A stretch of DNA of 64,000 nucleotides from Nitrosopumilus sp. (GTDB lineage: Archaea > Thermoproteota > Nitrososphaeria > Nitrososphaerales > Nitrosopumilaceae): the NCBI GenBank assembly GCA_965205215.1, contig OZ242041.1, positions 864,001 through 928,000 of the forward strand, given 5' to 3'. The notes under the pieces were generated by a model that saw only the letters and a list, made by a program, of their open reading frames with translations, searched no databases and was not told the origin of the DNA. Below are positions 1-10,036 of the stretch, one piece after another (position 1 is the stretch's first letter; the number at the start of each line of letters is the position of its first letter). The translations under genes were made by a program, and so were the position numbers.

Positions 1-846
1 GGCCACAACTTTACGCCCACGTTGCAGAACGAGAGGGTTCCAAGCGCCAGGGAGATGGCAGAGTTGTACAGCCGTGCCGGACTGCGTGAGACTGTCATCA
101 TATCACTGATGGCAAAATCCGGACTCCGGCCCGAGGTGATAGGAAACTACAACGGCACAGACGGACTGCAGATGAGGGACCTGCCTGATCTGATAATCCA
201 GCAGGGTGTGGTAAAATGCACCCGGTATCCAAACCGGATTGTCATACGGCGCGAGCTCTCAAAGGCGGGGCACTCGTACTTTACATTCTGTACTCGCTCT
301 GCCACTGACCATCTGGTATCGTACTTGAATGACCGCCTGTCACGCGGAGAGCCGTTGCACGGCAACTCTGCAGTGGTGGCGCCAGACTACGTATACAAGA
401 CTGGCAGGGGAAACAACTCTGCAAAACCGTTTCTGCCAACGCAGCGGGTCAGCAGGATTGTCCGCAATACGTTTCGGCCGCGATTTGAGTGGAGGCCCTA
501 CATACTGAGGCCCTACTTTGATACGCAGCTGCTCATAGCAGAGTCAAAGGGCAAGATGGCACACGACTTCCGGGTGTTCTTTATGGGACACAAGGGCACC
601 ATGGAGTCTAGGTACACGACCAACAAGGGCGTGCTGCCAGAAGTGCTGATGGCGGAGATGCGCGACGCGTATGTCCGCTCCGAGGAATTTCTGGATCAGA
701 CAAACACCACAGAGGCCGACACCCTGGAGCAGAGACTTGAGATACAGAATCTGATGCAGGGCGCGACACCACAGCAGCTTGGCCACATACTAGAGGCCCT
801 GAGGGCCGGTAAGATGAGCCAGATTGCAACACCAGTCGCCAGCTAG
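1..846 (+). CDS. Tyrosine recombinase/integrase, 5'-truncated by the window edge
   Basis: Frame is open from base 1. Catalytic motifs SGLRPEVIG, YILRPYF, FMGHKG and RY; clearly paralogous to 43679..45136. Confidence 0.88.
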   Translation, partial: GHNFTPTLQNERVPSAREMAELYSRAGLRETVIISLMAKSGLRPEVIGNYNGTDGLQMRDLPDLIIQQGVVKCTRYPNRIVIRRELSKAGHSYFTFCTRSATDHLVSYLNDRLSRGEPLHGNSAVVAPDYVYKTGRGNNSAKPFLPTQRVSRIVRNTFRPRFEWRPYILRPYFDTQLLIAESKGKMAHDFRVFFMGHKGTMESRYTTNKGVLPEVLMAEMRDAYVRSEEFLDQTNTTEADTLEQRLEIQNLMQGATPQQLGHILEALRAGKMSQIATPVAS

Positions 847-981
847 TCGTAGATTCAGACAGGGCAGAGCAACTCATCAACTCCGGCATGTGCAGTTTCG
901 TAGGCACGCTTCCAAACAGCAAGGTCGTGCTTCGTGCCACAGGCAAAGCGGCAAAAGGGAACTAGAACCCACAGTGGAAGC

Positions 982-998
982 GGGTCTAAAGGGATTCG
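982..998 (-). repeat. att site: copy of the tRNA-Lys 3' end
   Basis: gggtctaaagggattcg is identical to 45288..45304. Confidence 0.85.
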
Positions 999-1273
999 CT
1001 GTGAAAATGAACTATTTCTTTTGATTGATATTGCTTGGCAAAATGGTGCTTGGAGTACAACCAATCTCTCCTGAATGCACTTGTAATGTATCAAATAGTG
1101 GATTCTAAAAAACATTGCGGAAGCCGGTACTGCTTCCAATTCGGTTGATAGGCACGCGGGTGTGTAGCGAGATCTTCTCTGAAACGGACGCCTGTCCGGG
1201 CTGTCAGTGTACAGCAAAGCGAGCCACGAGCACCGCGATCCATCGGGAATGTCACATTTGGCTCCTGTGGGAT

Positions 1274-1582
1274 TCAGTCCCTCAGATTCAGGTTTTCTAC
1301 GCAGGTTAATCTAATCACTGCGTCCTTTGTATTCGCTACGAAGTCCCTATTCAAATCCTCATCGGGGATATGGACCATATAGTGGTGCCCAGGCCATTTG
1401 ACCTCAAAACGTGGCAATCTTCCGTTATCCCATACGTTCTTTTCCAATACCTTGATGATTTCTTCCACATCGGAAGTCTCTAACATGTAGTGATCCTCGT
1501 CTATCCTCTGGATATGACAGCCTCTGATCGTGTAATCCGTGTTTTCAAAGGTAAAGATGACTGTTTCCATGTCTGCTGCCAT
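1274..1582 (-). CDS. Hypothetical protein (102 aa)
   Basis: ATG-start ORF with protein-like composition and lower GC. Confidence 0.6.
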   Translation of the reverse strand: MAADMETVIFTFENTDYTIRGCHIQRIDEDHYMLETSDVEEIIKVLEKNVWDNGRLPRFEVKWPGHHYMVHIPDEDLNRDFVANTKDAVIRLTCVENLNLRD

Positions 1583-1840
1583 GCCACCACTTGATCCGGG
1601 GCTTACATAAGGATGATCGTGTCAGGGGCTGGTAAGTTACCGTGTCCTGAAATTCTCTGGGGTACTGGTGTAACTTCGTAATATGGACACGCTCTCATCC
1701 AAACATCCTGCCGGGGAGATCGTCCGCCTTGCCTTGAGATCGGCGTCAGACTTTGAGACGGCACTACACCTTCGAGGCGCACAAGTTCGTCGAGGGACTG
1801 GCCGGACGAGAACGCGTAGTGCCGGCAGGCCACATGGCGA

Positions 1841-4519
1841 CTACCGGGCGGTGCGGTTTGTCATTGCCTCATACCGTTCCAGCAAAAACTCTATACGCTC
1901 AAGGTCCGAGCCGAACGGCTTCTTCCTGTACAGGCAGTCTACCATTCTGTCCAACCTGCGGTGGGCCTTGGCCAGGTCCGCCGGCATCGCCGCGCTGTCG
2001 TAGAGATCGGCCAGTGTTGACGCAGGATGAGACGCACGGGCATCTAGCACTGCCTTGGCATACTGCTCCAGCGCGTCCAGTGGCGCGTCGGGCATAGGGA
2101 AGGTGTTGTACACGTGTTTTGAGTACCTGTACCTGCTCTCCAGCCGTCCCCCTATGTAGGACAGCCACACCATGTGCATGTACGAGGTGAGTAGTCCAAA
2201 GAGTCCCAGTGTGGTGTCAAGGATCACCATGTTGGCATTACTCGGTATTGTGGGAGGCTCGGCATAACCAAGCGGAACATATCTGCGCGTCTCCGAACTC
2301 GTGCTGGGCACCACCAAGAACGGGCTGTCTGGGATTACGTTTAGGTGGTACATCATGGGGGTTTCTGCCAGTTTTCGCGTGGAGTGTGTGGTGCTTGCGA
2401 GCCTGAATGACTGTACGTCTTTCACGCGTTTTAGTACGTGTGGCAGGCGCCTCAACACACCGGGTTCTGTCTCGTGCAGGTACAGAATCCAGCGCCGTTT
2501 TCCATGTATGTATTCTTCCGCCCCAATGTATGGTCTCATATATGGTTTGGCTCCGGGCTCAGTCTTGAGGAATTCCACCATCTGTTCATCAGTGAATATG
2601 TAACTCCCGCCGTCTATCGGTTTGGACCCCATGACCATCTTTGGCAGGCCGTTCAACGGATTCGGCGAGTATTGAACCACACTGGTCTTCTTTGCCCCGG
2701 TCAGGTACGGCGATATTGCCGCCGGGTTCTCCTCCAACACATGTCCTTCGTCGTCCGTGTGGAACAACCGACGCATGCGGCCGGCCTCCCTGCCGAGTCC
2801 AATTATCACGACGTGGACGTGGGCCTTGCCGGATGCCTCGGAATTCCACTCGAACGGCCTGTAGGCGAATTCTATCCTGAGCCCGAAGTTGTCAAGCAAT
2901 ATGGGCCACAGTTCCCCCACCTGCGCGCCTTGGCAGACTGAGTTGGTCGCGACAAAGCTGGTGCGCACAGCGTGGTTGGACTCCGTGTACCGGGCTGCCT
3001 TGACGAACCACGCGGCCACATAGTCTAGCGTGGCGATGTGGTGCGTGACATCTGGGCCGATCGTCTGCCTTACCTGCTCCTTCTGCCGCGCGGTCTGCAG
3101 CTGAGATCCGACGTACGGCGGGTTGCCCAGCACGTACGAGCACTTTGCGGCGGGCAGTACGCCATCCCAGTCCACCTCTAGCGCGTCCACACATATGATG
3201 TTCGGCGACTGCTTAAGCGGTATGCGCGCATACGCAAGTCCGTATTTCTCGCCGAGCTCGCGATTCATCAGGTGGTCGGTCATCCACATGGATATGCGGG
3301 CAATCTGCGCGGAGAACGGTTTTATCTCGATGCCGTAAAACTGATCCACGTCCACCTTTGAGAGACCGCTCACGTCAAGTAGTTGCTTCTTGATGTCGTG
3401 CATCTCCAGTATGGCATCGAGTTCTAGCCGCCGCACCTCCCTGTACGCTATGGCCAGAAAATTACCCGCGCCGCACGCCGGGTCGAAGAACGTCAGCCTT
3501 GACAGCTTGTCCTGGAACCGCCCGAGCGCCGCTTCCTTGTTGACGGCCGAGCGGGCCTCGTCCAACTCCTTCCGCAAATCATCCAGAAAGAGCGGCCGTA
3601 TGACGCGCATGATGTTCTCCTCCGTCGTGTAGTGAGCGCCCGCATTTCTCCTCTCCTCGGCATTCATCACCACTTGGAACATGCCTCCGAATATAGCTGG
3701 GTTGATCTTCGACCAGTCGTACGAGTCCGCCCTGAGCAGCATGTCCCTGATGTCGTCTGAGAGCGCGGCGATCGGCAGCTCCTCGCCGAACAGGTCCCCG
3801 TCCACGTAGGGAAACCCATCCGCCCCCTTCTGACGCGCGTCATGCGGGGTGTCCAGCTGCTGGAACAGGCTGTGCAGCATGGGGCCGAGAGTCCGGCCGT
3901 CCAGCCCCTCCACATATTTGTTGAACGAGCCGTGCGTGAATATGCCCGCATCGTCGGCGAACATGCAGAACGCCAGTCGGGTCAGGAGCCGTCCCGTGTC
4001 TGCTGCTGGATATCCGGAGGCTGCAAGTGACTCGTATATCTCGCCCATGATGGCCGTGGCCTTTTGGTTTACCGGGTCGATGTCCTCCGCGGCGCGTTCC
4101 GGCTTGTCCGCGATGAACCCGAACAGCCCCACCCTGTCAGGCAGCTCGTCCAGGTCGAACCTGTAATCCTTCGGCGCTTCCAGGTCGACCAAGTGGAACT
4201 TGGCAAAGTCGCAGGCCAGCATGTACCGCGGCACGTGAGCCTCTGGCAGCCCCACGACGTACTCCTCGGCTTGTCCCATGGCCTGTTCCAGCGACCTGCC
4301 CGCACTCTTGTGCTCCACGATCAGCACGCCTGGCCAGAACAGGTCGATGAAGCCGTACTTGTCAAGCCGCTTGGAGAACCGCTCGAATACGGCCACCAAC
4401 TTGCGGTCCTTGCCGAATATGTCAAAGAACTCGTTCCAGAACGTGTGTGATTCTCCGCTCTCATGCGTCTCGCCGCGCCAGCGCTCGACGAAGCGGACTG
4501 CACGGGCACGTTCCTCCAA
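1841..4519 (-). CDS. MmeI-family (type IIL) restriction-modification enzyme
   Basis: N-terminal PD-ExK nuclease (GFIDLFWPGVLIVEHKS), GAHYT, FFDPACGAGNFL, NPPY and an MmeI-like TRD/C-terminus. Confidence 0.9.
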   Translation of the reverse strand: MEERARAVRFVERWRGETHESGESHTFWNEFFDIFGKDRKLVAVFERFSKRLDKYGFIDLFWPGVLIVEHKSAGRSLEQAMGQAEEYVVGLPEAHVPRYMLACDFAKFHLVDLEAPKDYRFDLDELPDRVGLFGFIADKPERAAEDIDPVNQKATAIMGEIYESLAASGYPAADTGRLLTRLAFCMFADDAGIFTHGSFNKYVEGLDGRTLGPMLHSLFQQLDTPHDARQKGADGFPYVDGDLFGEELPIAALSDDIRDMLLRADSYDWSKINPAIFGGMFQVVMNAEERRNAGAHYTTEENIMRVIRPLFLDDLRKELDEARSAVNKEAALGRFQDKLSRLTFFDPACGAGNFLAIAYREVRRLELDAILEMHDIKKQLLDVSGLSKVDVDQFYGIEIKPFSAQIARISMWMTDHLMNRELGEKYGLAYARIPLKQSPNIICVDALEVDWDGVLPAAKCSYVLGNPPYVGSQLQTARQKEQVRQTIGPDVTHHIATLDYVAAWFVKAARYTESNHAVRTSFVATNSVCQGAQVGELWPILLDNFGLRIEFAYRPFEWNSEASGKAHVHVVIIGLGREAGRMRRLFHTDDEGHVLEENPAAISPYLTGAKKTSVVQYSPNPLNGLPKMVMGSKPIDGGSYIFTDEQMVEFLKTEPGAKPYMRPYIGAEEYIHGKRRWILYLHETEPGVLRRLPHVLKRVKDVQSFRLASTTHSTRKLAETPMMYHLNVIPDSPFLVVPSTSSETRRYVPLGYAEPPTIPSNANMVILDTTLGLFGLLTSYMHMVWLSYIGGRLESRYRYSKHVYNTFPMPDAPLDALEQYAKAVLDARASHPASTLADLYDSAAMPADLAKAHRRLDRMVDCLYRKKPFGSDLERIEFLLERYEAMTNRTAR

Positions 4520-4637
4520 CTACGCGGCTCCCCCCGGAGGCGGCAAGCTTCCGTTATGTGGCGCGTCGCATCCCTCACAAAACACCGCCCGGACGGTGAA
4601 AATGCCTTGGCCCGGGGGGCAGATAGACCAGCCCCCA

Positions 4638-4707
4638 TAATAGATGATAACTAATAGATGATAACTAATAGATGATAACTAATAGATGATAACTAATAGA
4701 TGATAAC
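4638..4707. repeat. Tandem repeat, 14 bp x5 (taatagatgataac)
   Basis: Perfect tandem copies read directly; lies upstream of the MmeI-like gene. Confidence 0.95.
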
Positions 4708-4841
4708 TAGGCCGTCCTAGCCCGAACCCGCTTCGTTCAAGCTCCATATATGGTATCAGAATGGGGGATTTTTAAGTTGATTCCACCGTCAATGCGAGTA
4801 CAATACGCCGGAGGCGTGCATGGGCTCCGGGAACCACAGGC

Positions 4842-4934
4842 TTTGAAAAATAATATCGGTGTTTTTGCAGTGCCCGGCCCGCTGATGCTCAGGGCAGCCC
4901 CGGGCAGCTCAGCGTCTTGACGACCATGTAGTCC
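4842..4934. repeat. Imperfect direct repeat (about 90 bp), copy 1
   Basis: Similar to 6179..6268, with an identical 22-bp block cgtcttgacgaccatgtagtcc. Confidence 0.85.
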
Positions 4935-5141
4935 CCGGAGCTCCAGTATGCGCTTGAGCAGAAAGATTGCGCCTAGCTGCTGTACGGGGAGCCGAACCCG
5001 ATGCATGTCTGGGCGGCTACCCCGGAGCAGAGGATGCAGATCGACGTCCTTGTAGCGGCATGCCTGGTGGACAACCCGTGGTATCTGATAACCGGCGGCT
5101 TTCCATGGTGATGGTGGCGGCTGCGGCAGTTCGTAAGCCGG

Positions 5142-6107
5142 CTAGCCACTGGATACAAGTATGCGCCGCGGGTCGCACCCGGCGGCTTTCAAGATGCGCA
5201 GCAACTGCCTGTGCTTGCAGATGGTGTTAAAGTTGACGTTCAGCCACATGCCGTTCTTCAAGCGTGCGCGGTGAAGGTTGCCGGGCGGCCTGTATGCCGA
5301 CAGCAGTATTGTCTTCCCGCGCCCGCCCGCATCCAACGGGCGTGAACGTATGGACTCCTCGGTCAGTAGCCCGCGCTCGAACAAGTGTTCGACCACGCCT
5401 ACGTATGCCCGTGAAAAATTCGCAAACTTGCCCGAGCTGCCTGCCGGCAGCACCACATCGTCGAACCGCACTGCATACGGCACCCTGCTGGATGACTTGT
5501 GTGTGTCAATCTGTTCAAACCCTCGCTTGACACCGGCCGCCGGTGCCTGCCGCGCCCGCGCCTGTGCATCTGTATCTGGCGCCTGCCGCGCCCGCGCCTG
5601 TGTATCTGCCACCGCTGGTGCCTCCTCCACCATATCAAAGATGACAGATCGTTCAAGTCCCTGGAGTCGCTGCACGACCACGTTGTACGGGTTTGCCATT
5701 ACATCGACGCGAAAGTCCTCGTGATACGTATCCGGCCCGACCGTCATTTTCAGCCACCTGCGGCCGTCCGTCAGCACGCCGTGCCGCATCCCGTTGTCGC
5801 GCAGATAGTCGCGCAACTGGCGCTCGTCCCGCTCTGTCACGCCGCCCAGTCTCTTTGCCTCTATGAGTATGCGCCTGCCAAGCCCGTAATCATACCTCCC
5901 CACCGGACCCAACTCGTATTCGCACTCACTTGGGTTGTCAAGGTGCCAGCCGAGGTCGCGCAGCACCGGATCTACCAGGCAGTACCTTGTGGCAGTCTCG
6001 TTTAGGCGCCCGTCGTACGTTGTGATTATCCTCTTCAGTTTTTTAACCAAAACAAGAGTGATGCCGCGTGACACATCAGAGTGCATCCGCGCGTGTTTAA
6101 AAGGCAA
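5142..6107 (-). CDS. HsdR-N-like PD-(D/E)xK restriction endonuclease-domain protein
   Basis: NETATR..LVDPVLRDLGW, YDY..ILIEAKR, QL..Y and GVLTDGRRW. The true start may be slightly downstream. Confidence 0.75.
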   Translation of the reverse strand: MPFKHARMHSDVSRGITLVLVKKLKRIITTYDGRLNETATRYCLVDPVLRDLGWHLDNPSECEYELGPVGRYDYGLGRRILIEAKRLGGVTERDERQLRDYLRDNGMRHGVLTDGRRWLKMTVGPDTYHEDFRVDVMANPYNVVVQRLQGLERSVIFDMVEEAPAVADTQARARQAPDTDAQARARQAPAAGVKRGFEQIDTHKSSSRVPYAVRFDDVVLPAGSSGKFANFSRAYVGVVEHLFERGLLTEESIRSRPLDAGGRGKTILLSAYRPPGNLHRARLKNGMWLNVNFNTICKHRQLLRILKAAGCDPRRILVSSG

Positions 6108-6178
6108 TCGGAACGCGCATTACGGTCCGAGCGCGCCCGCAGGCGGGCGGGGCTGCGTCCGGGTCCGTGGACATGGAT

Positions 6179-6268
6179 TTTGAAAAATGTCGGAGTTTAT
6201 GCCAGTGCCCGGCCCGCCACACTCATGGCAGGCCCGGGCATGATAACGTCTTGACGACCATGTAGTCC
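6179..6268. repeat. Imperfect direct repeat (about 90 bp), copy 2
   Basis: Partner of 4842..4934. Confidence 0.85.
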
Positions 6269-6516
6269 TAGGTGTTAGCCAGTCCCGGGTACTTGTTCAC
6301 GGCCTTCAGGGCCTCGTCGCAGGACATGGTAGTCAGGTTACGCAGCGCCTCCTCGTAGGAGCCCGCCTCGGGCGCCGGCCCGGCGCGCTCGGACGCCATG
6401 TCCTTTATGCCCGTCATGACCTGGTTGGCGGCGAACAGTGAGAACGCCGTGGTGCCTATGATGATGGCCCCTACTATAATGGCGATTACAAGAAACGCCT
6501 TGACTAGGGTTCGCAT
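6268..6516 (-). CDS. Small membrane-anchored/secreted protein (may extend past the TAG to 6223)
   Basis: N-terminal hydrophobic helix and an MSCDE motif. Confidence 0.65.
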   Translation of the reverse strand: MRTLVKAFLVIAIIVGAIIIGTTAFSLFAANQVMTGIKDMASERAGPAPEAGSYEEALRNLTTMSCDEALKAVNKYPGLANT

Positions 6517-6559
6517 ATGGGGGGGGGGGGTGATATATAATTGTTGAACATTAATCAGT

Positions 6560-8210
6560 GTATGGACTCACGTCCATGCCTGTGACCCTGTTGGCAACTC
6601 TGGCAGGCCGACAAGCTTATAGATCATATATTCTGCAAATTGTCCATGGGCGATTCCGAGACGGCACTGCTGCGTCGGGAGATGGCCAAGATGATGGCGG
6701 AGATCAAGAGGCTGCAGGATGCAGTCGCCCGGGTGGAGGCCGAGCGTGACAGGATAAGGGCCGGCCTTGAGGAGCAGATAGACCTGCTTATGGAGACTAT
6801 TGCAGAGCAGGACAGGAGGCTGGCCAAATACGAGAGCCCGAACGCGCCGTCCTCCACGGGTTCCATATACAACGCGGAGCGCGACGCGTTCCGGAAGAGG
6901 CTGGCAGAAGAGGAGGGGGACGGGGGCGGACCTGAACCGAAAGAAAGCGCGGCGGGCAGGCGCAGCGGGCCTCCGGAGGGGCACGAGGGCGCGTCCCACG
7001 GTAACAGGCCCTCGAGGAGGGAGCGCATGCGCCTGTACCGGTGCCGGAACTGTGGGCGTGGCCACCTCGCGTACGCGGCCCCCGTCACGAGAATCGTAAA
7101 CGACTTTCCGGATGAAAGCAGCAGGTGCATCGAGACGGTCGCGTACGTGCTCGAGCGCGGATTCTGCAGGAGGTGCAGCGCGGTCAGCACCGCCCCGGCT
7201 CCCCTGCCGCCCGGCACGTCGTTCGGCCCGAGGGCCCTAGGGTTCATACTCGAATACTACGCCAAGAGGTCGACTGACTCGACCATATCGTACTATTTCC
7301 GGGCGCTCTACGGCTTTTCGGTGTCCGCAAACGCGGTCTGGAACGCGCGCAGGGCGATAAGGAACCTGCTCGGGGCCGCGTACGACGGCATCCTAGAGAG
7401 GATCTCGCGCGCCGCGTTCGTCCAGTTCGACGAGTCGGTTATCAGGATGAACGGCAAGAGGGGGTACGTATGGCTGGCGACTACAGGGGACGCCACGTAT
7501 ATCGTGGCGGCCCCGAGCAGGGCCGCGGCCGTACTGGAGCTGCACTTTGGCGGCCTGCTGGGCATGCCGGCCGTCACGGACGGATATGTCGCGTACGGCA
7601 TGCTCCCGGTCAGGCAGCGCTGCTGGGCCCACATACTGCGCGAGGCCGAGAAATACGCCGTGAGAAACGGCGGGGACGACCTGTCGTGCTACCGCAGGCT
7701 GCTCTCCATGTACCGGAGGATCAAAAGCCGCGAGTCGGCGGACGGCGCCGAGTGCCTAAACCTGGAGAGGGCCGTGCTGCGCATAGCGTCGGGCTACAAA
7801 AAGGGTCACGGGTTCCGCGAGACGCTGGAGAACGCCGCCCCGCACCTGTTCACGTTCCTCAGATGTCCGGGCATGCCGCCCCATAACAACGCCGCCGAGC
7901 TGGAAATACGCGATACCGTCGTGCTGCACCGCAACGTGCGCCACCAGCTGTCAGAACCCGACGGGCGCCACGTGTTCTCCGTGCTGGTGTCCGTCGCGCG
8001 CACGTGCCAGAAGATGGGTGTGTTCCCGCGTATGGCGGTGGAGCGCATGATCGAGGATCCTGACTGGCGCATATTCAAACCGCCCGACTGCCCGGAGCGC
8101 GTCGAACGGCTGGTACAGGCTACAACGGCGGTGCCCTCTGTCGCCGCCACATGCTGAGACGGTCCTTCACATATGCTCGAATCATGAGACGTGGCGACCT
8201 GAGTCTATAC
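6560..8210 (+). mobile_element. IS66-family insertion sequence, copy 1
   Basis: TIRs GTATGGACTCACGTC / GACCTGAGTCTATAC and an 8-bp TSD taatcagt. Confidence 0.9.
6640..8157 (+). CDS. IS66-family transposase
   Basis: Coiled coil, CxxC zinc finger, FDES, VTDGY, QRCWAHILR and NNAAE. Confidence 0.92.
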   Translation: MSMGDSETALLRREMAKMMAEIKRLQDAVARVEAERDRIRAGLEEQIDLLMETIAEQDRRLAKYESPNAPSSTGSIYNAERDAFRKRLAEEEGDGGGPEPKESAAGRRSGPPEGHEGASHGNRPSRRERMRLYRCRNCGRGHLAYAAPVTRIVNDFPDESSRCIETVAYVLERGFCRRCSAVSTAPAPLPPGTSFGPRALGFILEYYAKRSTDSTISYYFRALYGFSVSANAVWNARRAIRNLLGAAYDGILERISRAAFVQFDESVIRMNGKRGYVWLATTGDATYIVAAPSRAAAVLELHFGGLLGMPAVTDGYVAYGMLPVRQRCWAHILREAEKYAVRNGGDDLSCYRRLLSMYRRIKSRESADGAECLNLERAVLRIASGYKKGHGFRETLENAAPHLFTFLRCPGMPPHNNAAELEIRDTVVLHRNVRHQLSEPDGRHVFSVLVSVARTCQKMGVFPRMAVERMIEDPDWRIFKPPDCPERVERLVQATTAVPSVAATC

Positions 8211-8218
8211 TAATCAGT

Positions 8219-9869
8219 GTATGGACTCACGTCCATGCCTGTGACCCTGTTGGCAACTCTGGCAGGCCGACAAGCTTATAGATCATATATTCTGCAAATT
8301 GTCCATGGGCGATTCCGAGACGGCACTGCTGCGTCGGGAGATGGCCAAGATGATGGCGGAGATCAAGAGGCTGCAGGATGCAGTCGCCCGGGTGGAGGCC
8401 GAGCGTGACAGGATAAGGGCCGGCCTTGAGGAGCAGATAGACCTGCTTATGGAGACTATTGCAGAGCAGGACAGGAGGCTGGCCAAATACGAGAGCCCGA
8501 ACGCGCCGTCCTCCACGGGTTCCATATACAACGCGGAGCGCGACGCGTTCCGGAAGAGGCTGGCAGAAGAGGAGGGGGACGGGGGCGGACCTGAACCGAA
8601 AGAAAGCGCGGCGGGCAGGCGCAGCGGGCCTCCGGAGGGGCACGAGGGCGCGTCCCACGGTAACAGGCCCTCGAGGAGGGAGCGCATGCGCCTGTACCGG
8701 TGCCGGAACTGTGGGCGTGGCCACCTCGCGTACGCGGCCCCCGTCACGAGAATCGTAAACGACTTTCCGGATGAAAGCAGCAGGTGCATCGAGACGGTCG
8801 CGTACGTGCTCGAGCGCGGATTCTGCAGGAGGTGCAGCGCGGTCAGCACCGCCCCGGCTCCCCTGCCGCCCGGCACGTCGTTCGGCCCGAGGGCCCTAGG
8901 GTTCATACTCGAATACTACGCCAAGAGGTCGACTGACTCGACCATATCGTACTATTTCCGGGCGCTCTACGGCTTTTCGGTGTCCGCAAACGCGGTCTGG
9001 AACGCGCGCAGGGCGATAAGGAACCTGCTCGGGGCCGCGTACGACGGCATCCTAGAGAGGATCTCGCGCGCCGCGTTCGTCCAGTTCGACGAGTCGGTTA
9101 TCAGGATGAACGGCAAGAGGGGGTACGTATGGCTGGCGACTACAGGGGACGCCACGTATATCGTGGCGGCCCCGAGCAGGGCCGCGGCCGTACTGGAGCT
9201 GCACTTTGGCGGCCTGCTGGGCATGCCGGCCGTCACGGACGGATATGTCGCGTACGGCATGCTCCCGGTCAGGCAGCGCTGCTGGGCCCACATACTGCGC
9301 GAGGCCGAGAAATACGCCGTGAGAAACGGCGGGGACGACCTGTCGTGCTACCGCAGGCTGCTCTCCATGTACCGGAGGATCAAAAGCCGCGAGTCGGCGG
9401 ACGGCGCCGAGTGCCTAAACCTGGAGAGGGCCGTGCTGCGCATAGCGTCGGGCTACAAAAAGGGTCACGGGTTCCGCGAGACGCTGGAGAACGCCGCCCC
9501 GCACCTGTTCACGTTCCTCAGATGTCCGGGCATGCCGCCCCATAACAACGCCGCCGAGCTGGAAATACGCGATACCGTCGTGCTGCACCGCAACGTGCGC
9601 CACCAGCTGTCAGAACCCGACGGGCGCCACGTGTTCTCCGTGCTGGTGTCCGTCGCGCGCACGTGCCAGAAGATGGGTGTGTTCCCGCGTATGGCGGTGG
9701 AGCGCATGATCGAGGATCCTGACTGGCGCATATTCAAACCGCCCGACTGCCCGGAGCGCGTCGAACGGCTGGTACAGGCTACAACGGCGGTGCCCTCTGT
9801 CGCCGCCACATGCTGAGACGGTCCTTCACATATGCTCGAATCATGAGACGTGGCGACCTGAGTCTATAC
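8219..9869 (+). mobile_element. IS66-family insertion sequence, identical tandem copy 2
   Basis: Same TIRs; TSD copies at 8211..8218 and 9870..9877. Confidence 0.85.
8299..9816 (+). CDS. IS66-family transposase (same protein as copy 1)
   Basis: Translation identical to 6640..8157. Confidence 0.88.
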   Translation: MSMGDSETALLRREMAKMMAEIKRLQDAVARVEAERDRIRAGLEEQIDLLMETIAEQDRRLAKYESPNAPSSTGSIYNAERDAFRKRLAEEEGDGGGPEPKESAAGRRSGPPEGHEGASHGNRPSRRERMRLYRCRNCGRGHLAYAAPVTRIVNDFPDESSRCIETVAYVLERGFCRRCSAVSTAPAPLPPGTSFGPRALGFILEYYAKRSTDSTISYYFRALYGFSVSANAVWNARRAIRNLLGAAYDGILERISRAAFVQFDESVIRMNGKRGYVWLATTGDATYIVAAPSRAAAVLELHFGGLLGMPAVTDGYVAYGMLPVRQRCWAHILREAEKYAVRNGGDDLSCYRRLLSMYRRIKSRESADGAECLNLERAVLRIASGYKKGHGFRETLENAAPHLFTFLRCPGMPPHNNAAELEIRDTVVLHRNVRHQLSEPDGRHVFSVLVSVARTCQKMGVFPRMAVERMIEDPDWRIFKPPDCPERVERLVQATTAVPSVAATC

Positions 9870-10036
9870 TAATCAGTACATGGAACTGAAGCAGGACACA
9901 CCCAGTTCCAGAGGTATTGGAGTCGTGCATTGCCCAGTTGCGCCATAATACAACGCGGTTCAGGCCACCCTTGTGACAGGCCCTATCAAGTACGTGCATT
10001 AGCTTTCCGGATAGCATGTTCAGGCCACCCTTGTGA

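Noticed and set aside
4973-6270. Pyrrolysine or genome-wide amber recoding suggested by two in-frame TAGs
   Set aside because: TAG ends normal genes in this window (for example nuoA, rfcL and the peroxiredoxin), and no pyl genes are seen.
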